Shown: in pieces, positions 58,414 through 64,000 of the stretch
Layout of the letters: each line of letters opens with the position of its first letter
Numbering within the stretch: position 1 is the stretch's first letter
Assembly: GCA_038727135.1 (NCBI GenBank)
Contig: JAVYWL010000002.1
Coordinates: 32,001 to 96,000, forward strand
From: Candidatus Bathyarchaeia archaeon
Lineage (GTDB): Archaea; Thermoproteota; Bathyarchaeia; Bathyarchaeales; Bathycorpusculaceae
DNA: 64,000 nucleotides
Direction: 5' to 3'
Position numbers and translations under genes: made by a program
The notes under the pieces: generated by a model
Database searches by the model: none
Told to the model about the DNA's origin: nothing
What the model saw: only the letters and a program-made list of their open reading frames with translations

Positions 58414-59415
58414 CTAACGCCTAGGAAGAGCCGCAGCCCTAACATTAAACTGCTTTTGAATATGCCTAGCCAAAGTTTCAGCATAACCAATCCGAAAATT
58501 ATCAGTAACAACAAATTTAGGCCTAGAACGCCTCACATACTCCATCAAACCATCAAAATCAGAATGGTCACTTAAGGCTACAACATACTCATTTTCGCCT
58601 ATCTCGCGGCATGGAACATCAAACTCCCAACCACTAACATAAACGCGGAAGCATCCACGTCCAACACGAGCCCTAGAACCCATATGGTAAAAAGCCAAGC
58701 AAGGCTGGTTCCTCTCAAGCATTTCTCTGGCTTCTTTCTCCTCAAGCCTTAATAGGCGACCTACACGCATGCCGTGCCTCTCGCAAATTTTTGAGATTTG
58801 AAAAACCCTTTGAGGCACGATAAAAGGAGCTTTTATGTCGGCGTCGTGGAGAATCTGCATAACCTCTTGAAGTTTACCATGATAACCGAAAACATAAACA
58901 ACGCCACGTTTAAGCCCCTCCTTAACAATGGAGACTAGCAATTCTCTAACTTCGCTGTTGAAGGGACGCCTACAAGATGGACTACCATAGGTGGCTTCCA
59001 TAACAAGCACATCAGCCTCTAACACTGGGGTGCCCTCAATCCTAAAATCCCCAGTGTAAACAATCCTTGTCCCTTCCGCATCTTCAACGAGAACTTGACA
59101 AGCGCCTAAAATGTGGTCTGCAGGAAAAAGCGTGATGCTTTCTTCGCTGTAATGTAGTGTTTTTCCATAATCGAGGGTTTCCACGTATCCGCCCATAAGA
59201 AACAGCGGACTCTTCATAACGTCAATCAAGTCTTTTGTGGCTTTTGTCATAAGCACTTTCTCGCAAGTTCTTAGGCTCCGCTGTAAGCCAATCATGTGGT
59301 CCGCATGGGCATGGGTAACAACCCTCAAAGGTTTAGAATCATCAAAGGCGTCGCATGCAACACTCTTGCCTAGCAGAACGGCACCCCGCTCAGTTATGTT
59401 AGCCTTACTGGACAA
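58414..59415 (-). CDS. MBL-fold (beta-CASP-like) nuclease/hydrolase
   Basis: THAHADH, HILG, YTGDF, EATYG and LSDHSDF motifs. Confidence 0.85.
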   Translation of the reverse strand: MSSKANITERGAVLLGKSVACDAFDDSKPLRVVTHAHADHMIGLQRSLRTCEKVLMTKATKDLIDVMKSPLFLMGGYVETLDYGKTLHYSEESITLFPADHILGACQVLVEDAEGTRIVYTGDFRIEGTPVLEADVLVMEATYGSPSCRRPFNSEVRELLVSIVKEGLKRGVVYVFGYHGKLQEVMQILHDADIKAPFIVPQRVFQISKICERHGMRVGRLLRLEEKEAREMLERNQPCLAFYHMGSRARVGRGCFRVYVSGWEFDVPCREIGENEYVVALSDHSDFDGLMEYVRRSRPKFVVTDNFRIGYAETLARHIQKQFNVRAAALPRR

Positions 59416-59432
59416 CTGTGTGCCACCAACTG

Positions 59433-60800
59433 TCAGCCAGCGTGTGCGTAGGCAAAGTCACTAATCAAAGTGGCAATAAACTTCGTCCCAGTAATGAAAC
59501 TTTCAATTTTTAGGTTTTCGTTAGGCGCATGCGTATTAGACTCGGGATGACCACAACCAGCAGAAACAATAGGATAGCCCAAAAAGTTTCGGAACAAGTG
59601 CATGGGGCCAGAACCAGCGCTAAGCGGATAAATAACAGCCCTTTTCCCATAAACCTTCTCGGCTGTTTTTGCCACCAAACCAACAAACGGGTCATTAATA
59701 GGCGTTTTAGCTGGCTCGGTTGAGCCATGCCTTATTACCTCAAAATCCCCAAACCCGTGCCTTTTAAGATGGCGGACAAGCTTATCAAAGATTTCATCGG
59801 GCTTCTGGTTTGGGACAAGCCTAAAATCCAGCTTAGCCATGGCTTCATGAGGCAAAACAGTCTTGGAGCCCTTCCCAGTGTAACCGGCAAATAAGCCGTT
59901 TATTGTGCATGTGGGCTGGTAGAGCAGAGCCTTCAAAGCCTCAAAGCCGCTAACATTTTTCAAGAACTGTTTTAAGCCAAGCTCTTCCTTCAGCTCTTTC
60001 TCCTCAAAAGGAATTCGCCTCAAACACTCGATTTCTTCAGCGGATGGCGGCACAACATCTTCATAGAAACCGTCGATGAGAATTCTTTCGTTCTCGTCTT
60101 TTAAGGTGTTTAAAGCCCAGACCAAACGCCACGCAGCATTGGGTATCAATGGAGCATTTGCAGAGTGGACATCCTTGTTGGCGGCTTTCACCCTCAACTC
60201 AACGGATAGGACGCCCTTCAAACCCAAATATAGGTGGGGTCTACCCCTACGGTCCGTTCCACCAAACTCCCATATGGCAGCATCAGCCCCAAGAATATGC
60301 CTATAAGCCCTAACAATCGGCTCAAGATTCGGGCTTCCAATCTCCTCCTCACCTTCAACAAAGAACTTTATGTTAACCGGCACGTCGCCATCCGTTTCCA
60401 AGAAAGCCTGAACTGCCTTAAGCCTAGAAACAAAATTCCCCTTATTGTCTATGACACCCCTCCCGTAGATTTTTCCATCCACAATTTTTCCGCTGAAAGG
60501 CTCGCAACTCCACTTTTCAAGGGGTTCTGGAGGTTGAACATCATAATGGTCATAAAAGAGCAAAGTCTTACCAGAACTTTTAGACCTGACCTCGCCATAA
60601 ACTACGGGATTTCCCTTTTCGCCTTCCAAAACTTTTGTTGAAAGTCCTGTCTCCCGCATTATCTCTTCAACAAGTCTTGCGCATTCCGCAATCCCTTCGT
60701 CCTTCGCCGACACGCTAGGTTGCCTAACAAGCCTTACAAGGTCCTGGACAAAATCTTCAGCGTGTCCATCAATGTAGTTGTAAACCTTCTCCAAACTCAC
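59433..60800 (-). CDS. M20/M25/M40 metallopeptidase (ArgE/DapE family)
   Basis: HYDVQP, GRG..DNKG, EGEEEIGS and HAPNE motifs; GTG start at 60800. Confidence 0.9.
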   Translation of the reverse strand: MSLEKVYNYIDGHAEDFVQDLVRLVRQPSVSAKDEGIAECARLVEEIMRETGLSTKVLEGEKGNPVVYGEVRSKSSGKTLLFYDHYDVQPPEPLEKWSCEPFSGKIVDGKIYGRGVIDNKGNFVSRLKAVQAFLETDGDVPVNIKFFVEGEEEIGSPNLEPIVRAYRHILGADAAIWEFGGTDRRGRPHLYLGLKGVLSVELRVKAANKDVHSANAPLIPNAAWRLVWALNTLKDENERILIDGFYEDVVPPSAEEIECLRRIPFEEKELKEELGLKQFLKNVSGFEALKALLYQPTCTINGLFAGYTGKGSKTVLPHEAMAKLDFRLVPNQKPDEIFDKLVRHLKRHGFGDFEVIRHGSTEPAKTPINDPFVGLVAKTAEKVYGKRAVIYPLSAGSGPMHLFRNFLGYPIVSAGCGHPESNTHAPNENLKIESFITGTKFIATLISDFAYAHAG

Positions 60801-60816
60801 GTTTCCCACCCTTTTT

Positions 60817-61218
60817 CTAGGTTGTTTTTGGCGCAAGCCAGTCAATCAACCGCCTCGGTTCGTCACACCTAATCTGAACTTTTATCGGGCCTAAAGGCGA
60901 CTCTGCCACAGCCTTTGAAAAGGAAACATGCCCAACAAAAGCCACCTGCTTGTTCAGATAGAAGGTTATGGTTTTTTCGCCTAACCCCTCGAATAGGGCG
61001 CCTCTTGCGGCGTCGCGGATGCGCTCTCTACGCAGTAAATTGTAAAGCTTTGTTAGGGATTCCAACCCCTTCGCTTCTGCCACCAGTAAGCTTCCCTTCC
61101 ACAGCGGCTTTATCTGGACTGGTATGCCGCCGAAAATGTTCTCAACAGCCCTCTTCACCTTTTCCTCTGATTCTGTAGGGTTTATCTCAACTTCCACACG
61201 AACTTCTACTTCATCCAT
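60817..61218 (-). CDS. UPF0201/DUF54 RNA-binding-like protein
   Basis: PTE.EEKV..AV.NIF, LNKQVA..G and ESPLGPI motifs. Confidence 0.88.
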   Translation of the reverse strand: MDEVEVRVEVEINPTESEEKVKRAVENIFGGIPVQIKPLWKGSLLVAEAKGLESLTKLYNLLRRERIRDAARGALFEGLGEKTITFYLNKQVAFVGHVSFSKAVAESPLGPIKVQIRCDEPRRLIDWLAPKTT

Positions 61219-61772
61219 TTCTCTTCAATCCTCTTCAAGACTTTAGCAGCTTGTTTTTTGGCCTCTTCTAGGCTTCCCTCATTAACTATTAAATATTCAG
61301 CCATGGCTATAGCATTTCCCAACCCGACACTTAACTCCCGCATGTCCCGCTCCCGGAAAATTTCCCAGTTTTTGGGGTCGTCGCTTCTCTGTCTATGAAA
61401 AAGCCGCTTAAACCTCGTTTCGGGCGAAGAGTGAACGGCAACTAATGTGAACTTCGGAAAATGATGCTTAAACTCTTCAACCTCTGCTAGGCTTCTTATG
61501 CCATCCACAATGACTTTACTTTCAGTTTTCTTTAATATCTTTGAAGTGCATCGTCTTGCTATTACGGCTTCCCCTTCCAAATGCCTCAGCTCCAGCATTA
61601 TGCGCCCAAGATTTTCAGGAGTTAGCTCTAAACCTCTCCGCCGGGCTTCTTCCCGAACCTCATCACCCATAACAACAACAGCGTAGCCGCTGGCCCTTGC
61701 AACATTAACAACAACGGATTTTCCAGCTCCAGGCATGCCGGCCAAGCCGACAACCAACTTTTCAGCGGTCAT
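61206..61772 (-). CDS. UPF0200 P-loop kinase (archaeal dephospho-CoA kinase-like)
   Basis: GMPGAGKS, MGD.VR, DGIRS..E and R.R.DD...RD.REL..G motifs. Confidence 0.85.
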   Translation of the reverse strand: MTAEKLVVGLAGMPGAGKSVVVNVARASGYAVVVMGDEVREEARRRGLELTPENLGRIMLELRHLEGEAVIARRCTSKILKKTESKVIVDGIRSLAEVEEFKHHFPKFTLVAVHSSPETRFKRLFHRQRSDDPKNWEIFRERDMRELSVGLGNAIAMAEYLIVNEGSLEEAKKQAAKVLKRIEEKWMK

Positions 61773-61935
61773 TCCAGGTCTTCCTTTCCCTAATCTTTGC
61801 AAATGCGCTATCGTTATGGATATTCTTCTAAAACGTTAAAAGCATTTACTAAACACGAGCAGCACTTAACATTTCATAGGCAAAGCTTTTATTTGACGAC
61901 CAACAGAAGACGCTTCCATAACCGGGGTATACGCT

Positions 61936-62535
61936 ATGAATCTTGAATTAAGGAAGGCTTTAGGCTTTGTAGGCGCAATGTTAATGGTCATCAGTTTTGC
62001 TGGTGCAGCTGGACGCTTATATGAGGGTTTGCCACTGCTTGCCGGCATGATCCTAGTTCTAATCGCCTTAAAGGGGTTTGCGGACCATTATAAAGAGAAG
62101 GGCATATTTAACAACTCCCTCTACGGAACCATAACGGTAGTTGTTGGCATGATAGCAGCGATACTGATCTTTATAACGCTCATTTCGCCAATTGCCCCAG
62201 AACTCGCACAGTTAGATTGGACCAACATGGCTGCCGTCCAAGAATTTATCAGGGAGCATCTCTGGTCTTTCCTAGGACCAATCGTTGGAGCCTATTTAAC
62301 GCTTGTCATATCCCTAATCATCTCGGCAGTGTTCTTCAGAAAATCTTTAGATGCCCTTTCCACAAAGTCTGGGGAGAAAACTTTTGAAACAGCCGGCCTG
62401 ATTTGGCTCATAGGTGCTGTCCTATCAATAATCCTTGTAGGCTTTATAATAGTATGGATTGCATGGATAATCATCGCAGTCGGATTCTTCTCAATGAAAA
62501 TACCAGCGGAAACTCTACAGCCTCCAACACAATAG
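61936..62535 (+). CDS. DUF996 membrane protein
   Basis: LVLIALKG.AD.Y....IF, F.TAGL...IGA.L and W....VGFFS motifs. Confidence 0.8.
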   Translation: MNLELRKALGFVGAMLMVISFAGAAGRLYEGLPLLAGMILVLIALKGFADHYKEKGIFNNSLYGTITVVVGMIAAILIFITLISPIAPELAQLDWTNMAAVQEFIREHLWSFLGPIVGAYLTLVISLIISAVFFRKSLDALSTKSGEKTFETAGLIWLIGAVLSIILVGFIIVWIAWIIIAVGFFSMKIPAETLQPPTQ

Positions 62536-62786
62536 CCAATAGTTATAGCCATTCGAATTCCGTAATTTTGAAAACTTCAAATTCATTCCTACCTACATGC
62601 CCACATTATGCAACCAACGTCCATAAAACACTGTGGCGAAAGCAGTCTGAAAAACGCGCTAGACGTCTGTTAGCCAAGCTTCGCAGAAATAGCTTCATAA
62701 ACCGAATAGCAAACTAGCCTGTAGAAAAAACAAAAATAGCAATATGAACAATAAACAATCAGAAAATGCGGGTTGGTAAAAAATGT

Positions 62787-62875
62787 GCGGGGTTGCCCTA
62801 GCCTGGTAGGGGGCAGGCCTGCTAAGCCTGTGGTCCGTTTGGGCCGCGCGGGTTCAAATCCCGCACCCCGCGCCA
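62787..62875 (+). tRNA. tRNA-Ser(GCT) with encoded CCA
   Basis: Acceptor stem GCGGGGT/ACCCCGC, anticodon arm CAGGC-CTGCTAA-GCCTG, long variable arm, T arm GGGTTCAAATCCC and 3' GCCA. Confidence 0.96.
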
Positions 62876-63032
62876 TTTTGTGGGTATATAGGCGAAGTTT
62901 TCTTCGCGCGTGTGATGGCTATCAGCCCATAAACTAACACAGTTACACCTGCAAGACTGTTGGGAGAGAATATCTTATTATATCTCCACATTAATTTAGA
63001 TAGAGCAATAGGGTATAAAGGGCTTGTTGACC

Positions 63033-64000
63033 ATGCACAGTTTCACTCTAGTGGTCGTTATTTTAGCAATTATTATCCCGTTGGTTTTTGCTCCGTCTTT
63101 TCTGGGGCATTATTACCTTTCAGTTTTAAGAACAATTCTCATGTGGGCAGCTCTAACAATGAGCTGGTATTTCTTTTCCGGTTTGACAAGATATATTTCA
63201 CTTGGGTCTTCTGTCTTTTTCGGAGCAGGGTTATATTTTACAGTTTTATATCTGAATTTTAGCATTATAGAGGGACGTTGGCCTCTATTACCCTTTCCAG
63301 CCATTGTACTCATAGCAGGGCTACTAAATTTTGGATTTGCATCGATTCTGGGTCTAATAACGTTAAGGCTTAGGGGGATTTATTTTGCAATAACCACTTT
63401 CGCTTTAGGTATGACATGTCAAGGCATCTTTGACTGTTTGGCGGCAAATGTTATGAACGCTTATTATGCGCGTAGCCCCTCTTTCGCCCCTCAGATGAAA
63501 TACTATTCAATGTTGGCAACGGCACTTGTAATTTCTCTAATGATATTTACCCTAAGCAGATCAAAACTCGGTACCGCTTTAAAATTGGCAGGTAGAAATG
63601 AAGAGGCTGCCGTGTATCTGGGCTTAAACGTTATGCGAGTTAAAACTTTGGGATTTGCGATTAGCGCAACGTGCATGAGTTTTGTGGGAAGCAGTTACGC
63701 TATAATATCTCCAATCGCGGATTCAAAAATCGCATTCTATCTAAAATGCTCATTATTGCCACCAATCATGGCGATTTTCGGTGGAATTGGAACAAGTTAT
63801 GGCCCAATAATTGGAGCTGTCTTGTTATCTTTGCTTAATGAGTACGTTGGTGTTGCCATGACTTATTACTTCTTAATAATCTTCGGGGTTGTTGCAATTG
63901 TCATCGCCAAAATAGTACCAGAGGGGATTGTTGGACTTATGAAAAAATTGGTTGCAAAGTTTTTTGACGGAAAGCGACAAGGCTCTATTGAAGAGAAAAG
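63033..64000 (+). CDS. Branched-chain amino acid ABC permease (LivM-like), runs off the window
   Basis: Manual translation from ATG 63033: ...MSWYFFSGLTRYISLG..VFFGAG.Y, LRLRGIYFAITT, GGIGT..GP.IGA; no stop seen before the window end. Confidence 0.8.
   Translation, partial: MHSFTLVVVILAIIIPLVFAPSFLGHYYLSVLRTILMWAALTMSWYFFSGLTRYISLGSSVFFGAGLYFTVLYLNFSIIEGRWPLLPFPAIVLIAGLLNFGFASILGLITLRLRGIYFAITTFALGMTCQGIFDCLAANVMNAYYARSPSFAPQMKYYSMLATALVISLMIFTLSRSKLGTALKLAGRNEEAAVYLGLNVMRVKTLGFAISATCMSFVGSSYAIISPIADSKIAFYLKCSLLPPIMAIFGGIGTSYGPIIGAVLLSLLNEYVGVAMTYYFLIIFGVVAIVIAKIVPEGIVGLMKKLVAKFFDGKRQGSIEEK

Noticed and set aside
62670-62876. 68-aa minus-strand ORF
   Set aside because: It is antisense to tRNA-Ser.
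62960-63262. 100-aa ORF after tRNA-Ser
   Set aside because: It overlaps the better-supported LivM-like frame starting at 63033.
1-64000. CRISPR arrays, IS elements, integrases, rRNA
   Set aside because: No regularly spaced repeats, transposase/integrase motifs or rRNA-like segments were seen by eye.

Overview
Archaeal chromosomal window, most consistent with Candidatus Bathyarchaeia. This is inferred from archaeal tRNAs and core genes (rnz, THUMP-Trm11, Lhr, UPF0200/0201), frequent TTG/GTG starts, multiple MttB/corrinoid paralogs and PAS kinases. About 0.7-24.6 kb is a catabolic cluster for methylated amines or amino acids: four pyrrolysine-free MttB-family methyltransferases, two corrinoid proteins, a stand-alone MtrH-like protein, a BKACE + class III aminotransferase pair, an APC permease, a polyamine-type ABC transporter, a threonine-synthase paralog and a ureohydrolase. 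An uncharacterised metallophosphoesterase / nucleotidyltransferase-like / membrane-protein operon sits inside it. After tRNA-His come a redox cluster (PDO, DUF166, ArsC, hemerythrin-PAS, FprA and a divergent regulator with a perfect 22-bp palindrome), a RimK/RLAN/GCS2 ligase module, a P-type ATPase, Lhr, a DNA ligase paired with a wHTH-KaiC/RecA ATPase, a signalling cluster, housekeeping genes, tRNA-Ser and a truncated LivM-like gene. Several probable single-base indels in short homopolymers may be assembly errors. No CRISPR array, rRNA or transposase was seen. All product calls come from motif recognition, not database searches.
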